A stretch of DNA of 64,000 nt, taken from positions 206,522,001 to 206,586,000 of the forward strand of contig OZ024740.1 in the NCBI GenBank assembly GCA_964016885.1, read 5' to 3'. The stretch is from Eledone cirrhosa. Taxonomy: Eukaryota. Positions 1 through 12,360 of the stretch are shown here, piece by piece (position 1 is the stretch's first letter; every line of letters begins with the position of its first letter). The notes beneath the pieces are model-generated. The model searched no databases. It worked only from the letters and a program-made list of their open reading frames with translations, and was not told the origin of the DNA. A program made the position numbers and the translations under genes.

Positions 1-364
1 GCACACAATGCCCAGGTTTCACTGCCATGTAACATTGCTGTTCGTATGCAGGCATCATACAGCCTGCCTTTTATTTTTAGAGAGAACCCTTTAGCGGCCA
101 ATAGTGGTATAAGCTCTCTGAACTTTTTCCATCCCGTTCTGACTCTAGCTACTGTACTTTCAGAGCACCCTCCCCCACTGCTGATTTTGTCACCCAGGTA
201 ACGGAAGGTGTCCACTATTTCTATAGAACCATCTGTGCAATGGAATGAGCTAGTATTCTGTGGGCACTTGCTGCTACTTATTGCACCAGAGCACCGGCCA
301 CATATAAAATCTATATTCTTAGTTAGCTTACCTGTGATCCCACTACTTCTTTTATGCACCCATA
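1..364 (-). mobile_element. RTE-clade LINE fragment (5'-truncated; same family as 9409-12360), running off the window start
   Basis: Near-identical to ~10276-10638 of the long RTE ORF; similarity stops abruptly after ...ttatgcacccata. Confidence 0.85.
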
Positions 365-665
365 AATATTTTCAGACTTTTAATATAAACAACTACAAAA
401 AACAATCAATATTAAATAAATATATTTTACATAATAATTGTTATAGTTTAATTAATAAAAATTAAATATTACATACAAATAGTCTAACATAATAAAAAAA
501 ATAATCTAACATAATAATAATAAAATAATCTAACATAACACGAACAATAATATGGACAAATATACAAGTAAATATGATACAACCAATATTATAAGCATGT
601 TATAACGAACTGAAAAAAAATAGTTAATATAAATTAAAAAAAATCATATATAAATTAACAATATA

Positions 666-830
666 ACTTACCAAAACGAGAAAAAATATTTTGATGATAA
701 ACGACGAAATACAGGAGGAAGATTCGAAAGCGAAACGATAAACGTGCAAACAAAGTGGCGGAGGCTTTTGAGCAACAATTACTCTCATAGGTTGATTAGC
801 CAATAAGACGATGAAATTAGCCGATAAGAC
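666..830 (-). promoter_or_regulatory. Candidate promoter and first (non-coding) exon of a minus-strand gene
   Basis: Locally CpG-richer island. Minus-strand donor TTG|GTAAGT at 672/671. attagccaataagac (CCAAT) and near-copy attagccgataagac at ~795-830. The + strand is A-rich left of the island and T-rich right of it. Confidence 0.4.
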
Positions 831-2051
831 AATACATTACAAAAGATGTTTGGCCGGGAAACCCCTTGAATTTTTTATTCACAAGCGACGCATATATGTC
901 AGACATGCAGACTTAAAACATTCTGTTGTTAGTCACTGCATGTCTAACAGATAAAACAAAATATGAGCATAATATTTTAAGGATATTTGTTTATCTGTTA
1001 GAATGGGAGCAATTACCCCGGGCCCCTGTAGTGGAGGGCCCCACCAGCGACGGCCGTAACAATTTATTTGTGCCCTCAACTGGGCTTTTTAGTTTTAGGA
1101 TGGTTAGAACTTTTGAATTCAACACCTGTATGTATGTTTTCAATTCCAATTATTTGAGTCAAGCTAACTTTGATGTATGTAAAATTAGGAGGTTTGCTGT
1201 ATATTCTAGTTTTTTGTGTATAGCCCCCCCCCCCCCCCCCCCCCCACACCAACCTGAAGTGCCACTGCACCCGCAAGGTCTAAATCCAATCCTGGGCTGA
1301 TAGCCGAACGCAGCAGGTTGCCACTTGAGAGGGTGTCACAACGTGGCATCTCAGATGAAGGGCCTACCCCCCGCAGAATAGATTGTCATGCCTCCTGGCC
1401 TTTTGCTGTTCCCTTTGGTCCAGCTCCGCTGGAATGTCTGCTGAAATCCATTCCTTGCTAGCATAGGTGTCATAATCTATTCAATTTTGAACATGTGAAA
1501 TTGATTTACACCCAAATGGTTTCTTTTTAACCACTGAACTATGAAGTAGGAATGGTATTTGTTTTCAGTCAGGTTAACTGTGAACTGTCAGATAGTTCTG
1601 TGCTGTGACTAGTTTTACTTAGAGATATCTATGTACAAGATTATTCTATATTTTAACAAGTCTACCTATGAAATAGGTCAGGTGTGCTGTGATAACCTAG
1701 CTCATTATATGACAAGAGAAATATGTTATCTTCACTGGACTTCAATTAGTTCAAATTCTAAATATTGATCTTCACATCTGCTCTGTCATTATACCAGTAA
1801 AGTTGGATGTATATTCCTTGTCAAGCTCCCCTAGTTAACCACTAAAATGGTAGTGTATTTTTTGTTTATTTTATCTTTGTTTTAAAACATTTTTTAATAG
1901 GAAATTTCTCATATTTATGTTAAATATTTTACGTTTGTTTTACTAATTGTAGTCTTATGCCTAGGTTTCAAATAATCTTCCAAACACTTAACATTATTCA
2001 TTGGAAAGGCATGAACACCACACAATCATCATGAAAGTATTTAGCTATTAA

Positions 2052-2263
2052 CCCTTTAGCATTTACATTACTCTTTATAGACTATTGTATGTTTGCAGTA
2101 AAGGCTTTACCTCACATAATTATCTCACATAATATCAAATCTATGAGATCATCATTATATTATTTATTTTGAGAACAATACCTTAACATCAGTATGAGCG
2201 ACCAGTTATGGCCTGTTTGAAAAGAAAGAGGTGAGAGAATTCTGGCCGGATAATGCTAAAGGG
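2052..2263. mobile_element. piggyBac-like MITE, family 1
   Basis: TTAA-ccctttagcatt ... aatgctaaaggg-TTGA: CCC/GGG termini, TTAA-like target, several related copies in the window. Confidence 0.7.
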
Positions 2264-2299
2264 TTGAATGATGTCTTGTAGTATTTGTTTCAATTCTTT

Positions 2300-2650
2300 C
2301 ATCATCATCGTTTCACATCCATTTTCCATGCTAGCATAGGTTAGATAGGTTGTTCCGTTTGAGGCAAGTCAGGTCAGGTGACCATGTCTTGCTCATACAG
2401 AACAGTTTTTTAGCTTATTTTCTATGGCTGGATGCCCTTCCTAATGCCAACAACATTTTCAGTGTGGACTGAGTGCTTTTTATCATGGCACCAAAATGAC
2501 CATTTTACAGTGTGGACTGGGCACTTTTAGTTGTAGCACCAAAACAACCATTTTACAGTGTGGACTGGGCACTTTTAGTTGTAGCACCAAAACAACCATT
2601 TTACAGTGTGGGCTGGGGCGGGGGTGTGTGATTAACATGTGGGCGAGGTG
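2300..2650 (-). mobile_element. RTE 3'-UTR/tail-derived repeat
   Basis: (CAT)n tail then ccatgctagcat...ggatgcccttcctaa motifs shared with the RTE 3' end at 9409-9800; internal 42-bp tandem repeat. Confidence 0.6.
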
Positions 2651-3421
2651 TATGGAAGAGGGCAGGGAGGAGTGGTGCAGACTAGATGTTTGCTTCAGCC
2701 TGTGTATATGTGAAGACGTATTTTCCGTTCTGAATTCAAATCCTGCTTTTCATCCTTACGAGGTCGATAAAATAAAGTACCAGTAATGTACATTATTATT
2801 ATTATTGTTAAGGTGAAGTGACTGAAATAGTAGGATACCTGTTTTGTGATATTGATAGTTATTCCCCTTTAAATCTCGCCAAGGTCAACTTTGCCTTAAA
2901 TTCAAGTTAATTATTCCCCTCAAAATGTTTACCTTGATTCAGTATGACACAATGTGTGACATTACTAACCCTTTGAGTTACAGCAGGCACAACTAATTTT
3001 TTCAGTATTTAAAAAGGGACCATGGGCACTGTTTTTCTCCTTGACTAAAAATAATAAAAAAAATCTCCCCCCACCTCCCAAATCTGGCTTTCTGGGTATG
3101 TTAGAAATTGTTATTGGATGATAGAAGGGGTAGAGCACTGGGCAAGATATTTTGTGCTGTTAGTTATCTCTTCATCTTTATGTACTTAGGGAGATTCAGT
3201 ATGACACAATGTGTGACATTACTAACCCTTTGAGTTACAGCAGGCACAACTAATTTTTTCCAGCTGAGTGGATTGGAGCAAATTTAAAATAAAAAGTCTT
3301 GCTCAAGGATACAACATGCCACTGGAAACCAAACATGTGACCTTATGAATGTAAGCCAAACACCCTACCCCCTATGCTGTGCACTTATATGTATGTATAT
3401 ATATATATACACACACACGGA

Positions 3422-3452
<31 letters not shown>

Positions 3453-3856
3453 GAACGGATGTAAAACGGTGATGATGATGATGACACATACATTTAACAA
3501 TGTGTATATAATCAGATTAACATACTATGTCAAGAAAATCATGTTTTTGATTAATTATGGAAAATTCTACCAATATTACTACTACTACTACTACTACTAC
3601 TAGTAGTAGTTGCAGTGGTGGCATTGGTGTTTGTAATAGTAGTAGTGTCTGTTCTCACCAGATTCAATAGGATTTTGACATTGTTTTCATCACTTCTCTG
3701 TCTATTGTCTGCTTTCTTTTCAACTATGTTTGACCTTTGTATTGAATATAAATGAATAAGTACTTGTCACATTCATTGGACTATGGTCATGCTGGGGCAA
3801 AACCTTTAGGTTTTAGTTGATTTTCTCATCCCTGGTATTCATTTTATCAATCTATA

Positions 3857-4055
3857 ATCATCATCATCATTATCATCGTTTTTATGTCTGCTTTTCCATG
3901 TTTGCTTGGGCTGGATGGGTCCATCTCAGCATGGCATCTTTCCATTTGTTGCGTTCCTTCTTCATCTCTTCCAGTCTTAGTAATTTGAGGTCAGCTCTCA
4001 TAACCTCTGCCCAGGCCTTTCTTGATCATCCTCTATTGCGGCTTCCTTCCACTAT
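3857..4055 (-). mobile_element. Decayed RTE 3' end
   Basis: Minus strand reads IVEGSRNRG*SRKAWAEVMRADLKLLRLEEM..., similar to the RTE ORF C-terminus (GRPRKTWDELINSDL); (CAT)n tail. Confidence 0.65.
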
Positions 4056-4085
4056 ATTTATTAAAATGGACACAACTTGTAGTAA

Positions 4086-4690
4086 CCTTTTAGCATTTAA
4101 ACCGTCTGTATCCAGCCAGAATTCACTCACACCTTTTTGTTCAAACTGGCTGTAACCGGCTGCTCATACTGATAAGGTAATGTTTTCAAAATAAATATTA
4201 TCAAAATCTCATAGATTCGATATTATGTGAGAATTATGTGAGGTAAAGCTTTTAGTACAAAATTATAATAGTATATATAGATTAATCATCATCATTTCAT
4301 TTTACGTCCGCTTTTCCATGCTTGCAAGGGTGGGACAGGAACTGATTCTGGCTTGATTTCTACAGCTGGATGCCCTTCCTAACACCAACCTCATTTATAG
4401 TGAGTGCTGGGTGCGTTTTTTTCCGTGGCACCTACACGTCCACTTTGCAGTGTGGGCTGGGTGATTTTTTGCTGTGGCACCTCCACGACCACTCTACAGT
4501 GGAATGATATGGACCCCAGTCCCTATCATCTCATTTCTATAGCTGAGTAAACTGGAGCAATGTGAAATAAAGTGTCTTGCTCAAGGAAACAACACATCAC
4601 CCGGTCTGAGAATTGAACTCACAACCTTTCGATTGCAAGGCCAATTCTCTAATCACTAAGCCATGTGCCTATAATGTAAATGCTTAAGGG
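4086..4690. mobile_element. piggyBac-like MITE family 1 split by nested RTE-tail (~4285-4500) and tRNA-SINE (~4540-4670) insertions
   Basis: Left end cctttttagcatttaaacc; MITE body to ~4285; right end taatgtaaatgcttaaggg-TTAA resumes at ~4672-4694. Confidence 0.65.
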
Positions 4691-5184
4691 TTAAATACCA
4701 TAGGGAATCTTTCTGTTCATTGCACCAATTTATTGGCTATCCCCTCATGCCATGCACACAGATAAGAAAACTGCAAATAGTGGAAAGGTCTCTTTTAGTC
4801 TGTAGTGGATGTGATAGACCCTCTAGTGTTGGTGTTGCAATGGAATGCATCAACACCCTTTCTAAAGTAGTTGATAAACCAAGACAAGATGGAGAGGACT
4901 CTTTAATCATGCTAGGGACTTGATAACCTCTCTAGTATTGGTACCATGATAAAATGCAGCCAGTATACTCCGTAAAGTGGTTGTCAATCATACAGAAAAA
5001 ATACATGGTAGAAAGGAGACTTCAGTCTTGTTTAGTACATGACAACCCCTTAAATGCTGATGCCATGATAAAATGTACACAGTACACCTTATCAAGTAGT
5101 TAGTGTTAAGAAGGGCATCCCCCCATAGGAACCTTGCCAAAGTATGGTATGTATAAGCAAGGAATGGGTTTCTAACTTGTTTAA

Positions 5185-5412
5185 CCCTTTCATGACTGCA
5201 TTTCTAATGAAATACACTCTATTTTAATTAAACAATGAAGAATTTTGAGGGATTTACTAAAATTATTAATTATTTTATTAAGATAGTAACTTAATGTAAT
5301 GTCCTTATATAAAATTATGTTGGAATATTTTAATATAATTTGGAAACCTTTAAAATGGATGGCTTTATTTCATAGAACCAGAGCCAGTTTGACTGTGTTG
5401 GTAGCTAAAGGG
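5185..5412. mobile_element. piggyBac-like MITE, family 2
   Basis: TTAA-cccttt ... aaaggg-TTAA; internal similarity to partial copies near 12440-12565, 29320-29460 and 51650-51805. Confidence 0.6.
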
Positions 5413-5564
5413 TTAATCTCTGACTGAGGACCCATTCAACCCATATCAACATGGGAAACATGTAAAATGATGATGTTATTAGTTACTTAATTTAAACATT
5501 TTCAAATTAATGGCTTGTTAATTTTATGTCGGTATTGAGTTGGCCAGGTTTACAGATAATCAAT

Positions 5565-5613
<49 letters not shown>

Positions 5614-5622
5614 CATACATAT

Positions 5623-5659
<37 letters not shown>

Positions 5660-5738
5660 CACACACACCCCTATGCTAGCGTGGAATATAGATGTTAAAT
5701 GATGTCCAACCCATGCTAGTAGGGAAAATGTACATTAA

Positions 5739-6147
5739 TCCATTAGCGTTTACATTATTCTAGTGGTGGATTGGCAGTATTGGTAGAGGGTCGGACGCCA
5801 TGCTTTACAGCACAGAATTATGTCCCTTTACGAACTGAGTTCAAATCCTGCCGAGGTTAACTTTGCCTTTCATCCTTACGGGGCTGATAAAATAAAGTAC
5901 CAGTAATGTACTGGGTAATTGTTGGCCTTGTGCGAAAAGTAGAAACAATTATTCTATATTTACTATATTACAGTAAACACTTTATCTCACATAATTATAT
6001 TACATAATATCGAATCTACACGATTTTGATATTATTTATTTTGAGAACAATCCTTTAACATAAGTATGAATAGCTGGTTACTGCCAGTTTGAATAGAAAG
6101 AAGTGAGAGAATTCTGGCTGGATACAACCGGTTTAAATGCTAAAGGG
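5739..6147. mobile_element. piggyBac-like MITE family 1 with nested tRNA-SINE (~5763-5950)
   Basis: TTAA on both sides, right TIR aatgctaaaggg; the SINE interrupts just inside the left end. Confidence 0.65.
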
Positions 6148-7639
6148 TTAAATGATGATATCTGTCATTTCTGTGTTGCTGTTCTATCTGCAACACCTAA
6201 TTTTCAGATTGAACAATCTTGTTTCTGGGGATTTTATGTTAGTTTCCAACTCCATAAATTAGCAATTCCAGACATTTTTTCATTTAGAATTAATCATCTA
6301 ATCACATATTTGTGAATGTATTTGATTTGAAAAAAATCTTGTAATTAAAATTTTCTGAATCACACTTGTATAAAATAAATACATCATTCACATTGAGAAA
6401 TTATGTCAGATAGTGCTTTGTAGTATTTGTTCTGGCTCTCTGAGTTCAAATCCCACCGAGGTCAACAAATAAAGTACTAGTCAAGTACTGGAGTCGATTC
6501 TCTCTCTCTCTCTCTCTCAGAAGTCTGCTGTAGTTAGACCTGGAGAAGAGATGAGGTTCATCAAGCGCCCCCAAAATGCTGTATGCTACTACAGCATCCC
6601 TTATGACTCCATCAGGAGTTTGGGACAATACCAATGTTCTTTATACCAGCTACAATCTCTCAATTCAACTTGTTAGTTTGTACATAGTTGTTTGGCCTAC
6701 AAGAAATAACTCTTAAACTTACCTCAAACTACGCTATCTTAAAAAAGAAAGGGCATATTGGATAATTTGTCCTAGATACACTATTTTGGAGGGAAAACAA
6801 TAAAAAAAACAGGGTGGTTACAACTGAAACATCATTGTTCATAAATCTGCTCGACCAGGGCTGACGAAGAGCTAAAATAACAATGACAAGCTCTGGATGT
6901 AATTAGCTTTGTTTTAATGAGTGTATTAATTACGAGTTCAAGTTTGGTATTTGATGGTCTTATCCTTTGGGTGTTTTTGTTTATTTTTAGCTTTGTTTTC
7001 AGTGTGTATTATTTACATATAGGGACATTAAGTGATTACTTTGCATTTGTTCTAGGTGTATCTATGTTCAGATGTAAGTATTTGACGGTCCTATTTGCTT
7101 ATTTACATAAATTAATATAAATTCCCTCTCCCATTATCTATCAACTTCACATGTTCGTCCATTATATGAATCATCCATTCCTATCAAATGTTAGGCTTTT
7201 ATATTGTTATTTTGTTCTTTTATTTACTTGGTCCTTAAACAAATCTATTCCCCATCACCCCTGTTATAATCACTGATATCTTGTTACCAGCCACCATTGT
7301 TTCTAAAATAGACTTTAACTTTACTGTAGCTCTCCTCCTCCTTTATTCACCATCAATAATTGTATTCCATTGACTGTTTATATTGATTAACCTTCAGTTA
7401 ATTATATACTAGAACAACTGAGGTTTCATTTTTTTGTCAAATCAACTATTATTGCTCACTCTTTAAATGTTGGACTACTGAACCATCACTTTAAAATCTT
7501 TACTTGAAATTGTTATTGTTGTTTAGGTTTTTATACCAGTATATTTCTGCTCTTCATGTTCAATAATAACCTGAGCTCAAGGTTAAATAAATCAATTAAT
7601 ATATGTATAGTCACTTCATATATAAGTATTGTTTCTTTA

Positions 7640-7972
7640 CATTATCATGTAAGGTGGTTGTGGTCTGTAAGGTGGTCACGTAGGTGTCACAACAAAAAGC
7701 ACTCCATCCACACTGTAAGATGGTTGTGTGTCATGATAAAAAGCACCCAGCCCACACTGTAAAGTGGTCTTGTAGGTGTCACAACAAAAAGCATCCAGTA
7801 CTCACTGTAAATGTGGTTGGTGTTATGAAGGGCATCCAACTGTAGAAACCAAGCCCAAATCGGTTCTGTATGAGCAAGACATGGTCATCTCACCTTGGCT
7901 TACCTCAAATAGGACAACCCGTCTTACCCATGCTAGCGTGGAAAATGGACATTAAACAGTGATGATGATGAT
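7640..7972 (+). mobile_element. RTE 3'-tail-derived repeat
   Basis: gaagggcatcc...cccatgctagcgtggaaaatggac...(TGA)n, reverse complement of the tail motif at 2300 and 9409. Confidence 0.6.
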
Positions 7973-8237
7973 ATCATTGAAATTATCAATATATTCCTGC
8001 CACTGCTGTGCCACAAAATCAGAGGAGTCTCTTTCAAAAAAATTTTCTACATAATTGTTGAAGAACTTCTCTACTTCTTGCTTAAGCTCATCTGGGTTTT
8101 TAGAAATAACAGACACTACAATATTTCATGAAAGGGTTAAAGTTACTGATAGCTCTTATTTTAAGTTTTCTGAGGTCTTGTGCTCTCTAGGTCTCTTGTT
8201 ACCTATTTCCCTTCTGTCTCTCTATCATTATCTTATC

Positions 8238-8425
8238 GGTGGATTGGCAGTATCGGTAGAGGGTCGGACGCCATGCTTTGACGCATAGAGTTACGGCCCT
8301 TTCCATTCTGAGTTCAAATCCCGCCGAGGTTAACTTTGCCTTTCATCTTTACGGGGTCGATAAAATAAAGTACCAGTCATGTACTGGGTAATTGCTGGCC
8401 TTGTGCCAAAAGTAGAAACAATTAT
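8238..8425 (+). mobile_element. tRNA-derived SINE
   Basis: ggtggattggcagtatcggtag (A-box-like), gagttcaaatccc (B box), core gcctttcatc..acggggtcgataaaataaagtaccag; about 10 copies in the window. Confidence 0.75.
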
Positions 8426-9408
8426 CTTATCTTTTTACCCGGCTATTCTAATTTCTCTCTTGAGCCAATAAGGGAGCCTGTATTTGGTCACTTGATCTGT
8501 TAGAAATAGCAATCAACGCTACCTTGAATCATACCCAACTGTCTTAAATAAAGAGCCCTTTAGATAATGCTGTGCTACTAACACCCAAGAAAATTGGATG
8601 GTCACAACTAAAATGCAATTGATAATGTCTGCTCAATGAAATTTTATTTGAAGCTAAACAACCACTATCCCTAGATTAATTTCTCTTATCATCTTAACCT
8701 CTTTTTTTCTCTCCTCCTCCTTTCACTCCCCTTATCACCTTCTGGATTGTTATTTCCTGTAAATATAAGTGAAGGAATGGTTCTCTGTTTAAGTGTTCTA
8801 TATTAGCTAAATGTATTTACTGTTATCTGTAGTATTTCTACATAACAGGGATATTGTTTTAATACAACTTCACCCACATCATCTCCTTTGGCGGTCACTA
8901 AACAGAGAGAGAAAAAGAGTTGGACATTAAAAGATTACACACCAAATATTAGTCTGTGAAGTTTTGTATTGTTTTAAATTGATGAAAAGTTAATTTTCTT
9001 TTTGGCTGAAGAAGACCCATTCACTTTTTAAGGGGCTTAGGGAATTGTCTCAATCTTTATATATTATTGATATTTATGTTGTTGAATCTGGGAAGAAGAT
9101 ACTATAAAATATATTGAGCTTTAGTAGGGGTTTGAACCAAGTCCAGTGTGGTGCTATACTAGATACTATAAAACATTGAGCTTTAGTATGGGTTTGAACC
9201 ATTTTATAGTATCTAGTTCAGTGTACCACTGAACTAGATACTATAAAATATATATATTTATGTTTAGTAGGGCTTTGAACCAAGTCCAGTGAGGTGCTAT
9301 ACTAGATACTATAAAACATTGACATTGAGCATTAGCATCTTCAGTATCTCAACAGGTTTTGTCAACATAGAATTGTAAGCCTTGTTTATTGCTGTTTTTT
9401 AAATGTTT

Positions 9409-12360
9409 CATCATCATCATCATCAGGTTTAGCGTCCGTGTTCCATGCTTGCATGGGTTTGGACGGGGGTTTTCCCACTTGAGGCAAGAGTGGTTGTCTT
9501 GCTCGCATAGGACTGTCTGGCGGGTTTTCTACAGTTGGATGCCCTTCCTAACACCAACCACATTTACAGTGTGGGGCTGGGAGGTTTTTACCGTGTTGCC
9601 TACACGGCCACATTACAGCGTGGACTGTCTGGCGGGTTTTCTACAGCTGGATGCCCTTCCTAACACCAACCACATTTACAGTGTGGGGCTGGGAGGTTTT
9701 TACCGTGTTGCCTACACGGCCACATTTACAGCGTGGACTGTGTGTTTTTTTGTCGTGACACCTACACGATCTCATTTGTTTCGGCCTGGATGTTGTGGGA
9801 CCAACATAACTGTACATTGAAAGGGGCGGTGTGGATGGGGTGGAGGTGGTGGGACGGGGGGGTGTTTTGATAGAGATGCCTACTGACTGTAGTAGGTTTT
9901 TACTTTGTATTTAGGTAAGGCGGGTCTTCTCTATTACTGAGTACCGCCAAAGGTCTCGGTCCAGTGACATTGTCTTGGAGAGGTGTAAGCGTGTGAGGTC
10001 GGAATTTATCAGCTCGTCCCATGTTTTTCTGGGTCTGCCTACTCCGTGGCTACCGTCTATCTTTATTGCCCTGCACTTTGTTATACAGCTGTCGTCTTTC
10101 ATGCGCATCACGTGACCGTACCAACGTAGCCTTCTCTCGAGTAAACAACATCTGATCCCTCTTATTTCTAATTTTTTCCTTAGTTCGTTTATGCTTTGCC
10201 GTTCACGTATATTACTATTGCACATCCAGCGGAGCATGCAAGCTTCATTCCTCTCTAGTCTGCGTATATCCTCTGCACACAATGCCCAGGTCTCACTGCC
10301 ATGCAGCATTGCTGTTCGTATGCAGGCATCGTATAACCTGCCTTTCATTTTTAGGGAGAACCCTCTACCGGCTAATAGTGGTATAAGCTCTCTGAACTTT
10401 TTCCATCCAGTTCTGACTCTAGCTACTGTACTTTCAGAGCACCCTCCCCCACTGCTGATTTTGTCACCCAGGTAACGGAAGCTGTCCACTATTTCTATAG
10501 AACCCTCTGCGCAGTTGAAGGAGCTAGTATTCTGTGGGCACTTGCTGCTACTTATTGCACCAGAGCACCGGCCACATGTAAAATCTATGTTCTTAGTTAG
10601 CTTACCTGTGATCCCACTACATCTTTTATGCACCCATACTTTGCATTTGGGACATAAAATGGAGTTTCTACCTACGCCTTTCCTACACACTGAGCATGGC
10701 CATTTCCCAGATGGGACTGCCGCCATATTTTCTTTCCTACAAACTAGAACTTTTGTCTTAGCCAGGTTAATTTTAAGGCCTTTTGATTCTAGGCCGTGCT
10801 TCCATGTTTGGAATTTCTTCTCTAGTTCGGTCATTGATTCAGCTATGAGCGTTAGATCATCTGCGTATAGGAGTTCCCATGGGCAGCCGGTCTTGAACTC
10901 CTCTGTTATAGCCTGAAGGGCAATAATAAATAGTAGGGGGCTAAGAACAGAGCCCTGATGGACACCAACTTTTACGCTAAACTCTTCACTATATTCGTTG
11001 TTAATTCTAACCTTACTGACTGTTTCTTTATACATGGCTTGTATAGCTCTCACAAGCCATTCGTCAACACCTAGTTTTCTAAGAAACCACGAGATAATGG
11101 AACGGGGGACTCTGTCGAAGGCTTTCTCCAAGTCGACGAAAGCTAAGTATAGGGGTTTACTTTTAGCTAGGTACTTCTCCTGTAGTTGTCGTACAATGAA
11201 AAGAGCGTCTGTGGTACTTTTGCCTGACACAAATCCGAACTGCATTTCATCTAGATCAATTCTCTCTCTGATTAGTTGCGTTATTACTTTTTCCGTGACC
11301 TTCATGACCTGGTCGATTAATTTAATGCCTCTATAGTTACTCCTATCTAGGGCATCTCCTTTTCCCTTATAGCAGTTAACGATGATGCTGCTACGCCAGT
11401 CCTTCGGAACAACCCCATTCTGTACGACTTGGTTAACTATCCGGGTGACCATGGTGTGTCCCACCGAACCAGATGCCTTCAGCATCTCAGCAACTATTTC
11501 CGAAGGACCAGCCGCCTTACCCGTCTTCATATCTTTGATTGCCTTGCTTATTGTACTACCCTGGACTAACACTGCTGGTCCCTCTATTGGGTCGATGTGG
11601 GGGAGACTGTCTTTCTCCCATTTGTTCTCATTTAGAAGCCTTTCGTAGTGACACTTCCAAGCTACCTTCTTATCAGCGTCGGTGATGGCAAGTATGCCAT
11701 CATCGTTAAGCACACACTTCTCCCCGACAATATCACGGTTTTCCTTGACACATTGCCTGGCAATCCTGAACACCTCACGTTTTTGGTCCTCACGTTGTAG
11801 AACATGCTTGAACTTTCTTTCCTCTGCTTCCCTTCTTGCGAAGTACACTTGTCTCCTAGCTTCCCTCCTGGCTACCTGATAGTCTTCTCTACTTCCCCCA
11901 TCCCGCCATGCTTTCCAAGCCTGCTTTTTGGCCTTAATTGACTCCTCCACCTTACTGTTCCACCACCATGTTACTCTCCTCCTACCTACAGGCCTGCTCC
12001 AGCCACAGACTTCGTCTGCCGCCGTCAGCAGGTTTGCTCTCAGGAATTCCCACTGTTCCTCTATATTATACGACTCTAATTGCTCTTCCTTACTGTCGAA
12101 AGCGTCAAGTAATATGCTTTGAAATTTATTTCTGGCTATGGGGTCCTTTAGCTTCCATCTTTTTCTCCTGAGGATAGTCCTCTTCCGCTGTCTAGTACGT
12201 CTCGTCCTGACTATGAGGTCGCTAATTATCATGTTGGGAGGTGAATTCTTCATGGGGGAGGGATTTAGTGTTAACAACAGACACTCTGTCACGTCTTCTG
12301 GTAAGGATATAATCTACCTGGCTTGTGTGTTCCCCCGATCTATAGGTGATCAAGTGATTT
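9409..12360 (-). mobile_element. RTE-clade non-LTR retrotransposon, 5'-truncated
   Basis: Long RT ORF, 3' UTR ending in (TGA)n on the minus strand, and the tail of an AP-endonuclease domain (NHLITYRSGEHTSQVDYIL...EEFTSQH) at ~12230-12360 in another frame. Confidence 0.92.
9911..12292 (-). CDS. RTE ORF (partial): reverse transcriptase, Cys/His finger and C-terminal region
   Basis: Motifs GKAAGP, NYRGIKL, QFGF, FVDLEKAFDRVP, GVHQGSVLSPLLF, LLYADDL, RLRWYGHV, GRPRKTW. The first ~20 aa are probably out of the ancestral frame. Confidence 0.9.
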   Translation of the reverse strand: MTECLLLTLNPSPMKNSPPNMIISDLIVRTRRTRQRKRTILRRKRWKLKDPIARNKFQSILLDAFDSKEEQLESYNIEEQWEFLRANLLTAADEVCGWSRPVGRRRVTWWWNSKVEESIKAKKQAWKAWRDGGSREDYQVARREARRQVYFARREAEERKFKHVLQREDQKREVFRIARQCVKENRDIVGEKCVLNDDGILAITDADKKVAWKCHYERLLNENKWEKDSLPHIDPIEGPAVLVQGSTISKAIKDMKTGKAAGPSEIVAEMLKASGSVGHTMVTRIVNQVVQNGVVPKDWRSSIIVNCYKGKGDALDRSNYRGIKLIDQVMKVTEKVITQLIRERIDLDEMQFGFVSGKSTTDALFIVRQLQEKYLAKSKPLYLAFVDLEKAFDRVPRSIISWFLRKLGVDEWLVRAIQAMYKETVSKVRINNEYSEEFSVKVGVHQGSVLSPLLFIIALQAITEEFKTGCPWELLYADDLTLIAESMTELEKKFQTWKHGLESKGLKINLAKTKVLVCRKENMAAVPSGKWPCSVCRKGVGRNSILCPKCKVWVHKRCSGITGKLTKNIDFTCGRCSGAISSSKCPQNTSSFNCAEGSIEIVDSFRYLGDKISSGGGCSESTVARVRTGWKKFRELIPLLAGRGFSLKMKGRLYDACIRTAMLHGSETWALCAEDIRRLERNEACMLRWMCNSNIRERQSINELRKKLEIRGIRCCLLERRLRWYGHVMRMKDDSCITKCRAIKIDGSHGVGRPRKTWDELINSDLTRLHLSKTMSLDRDLWRYSVIEKTRLT

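Noticed and set aside
1010-1300. ORF 926-1300 with a poly-Pro run; possible MITE
   Set aside because: Poly-Pro comes from a C homopolymer; only one TIR-like end and no TSD could be found.
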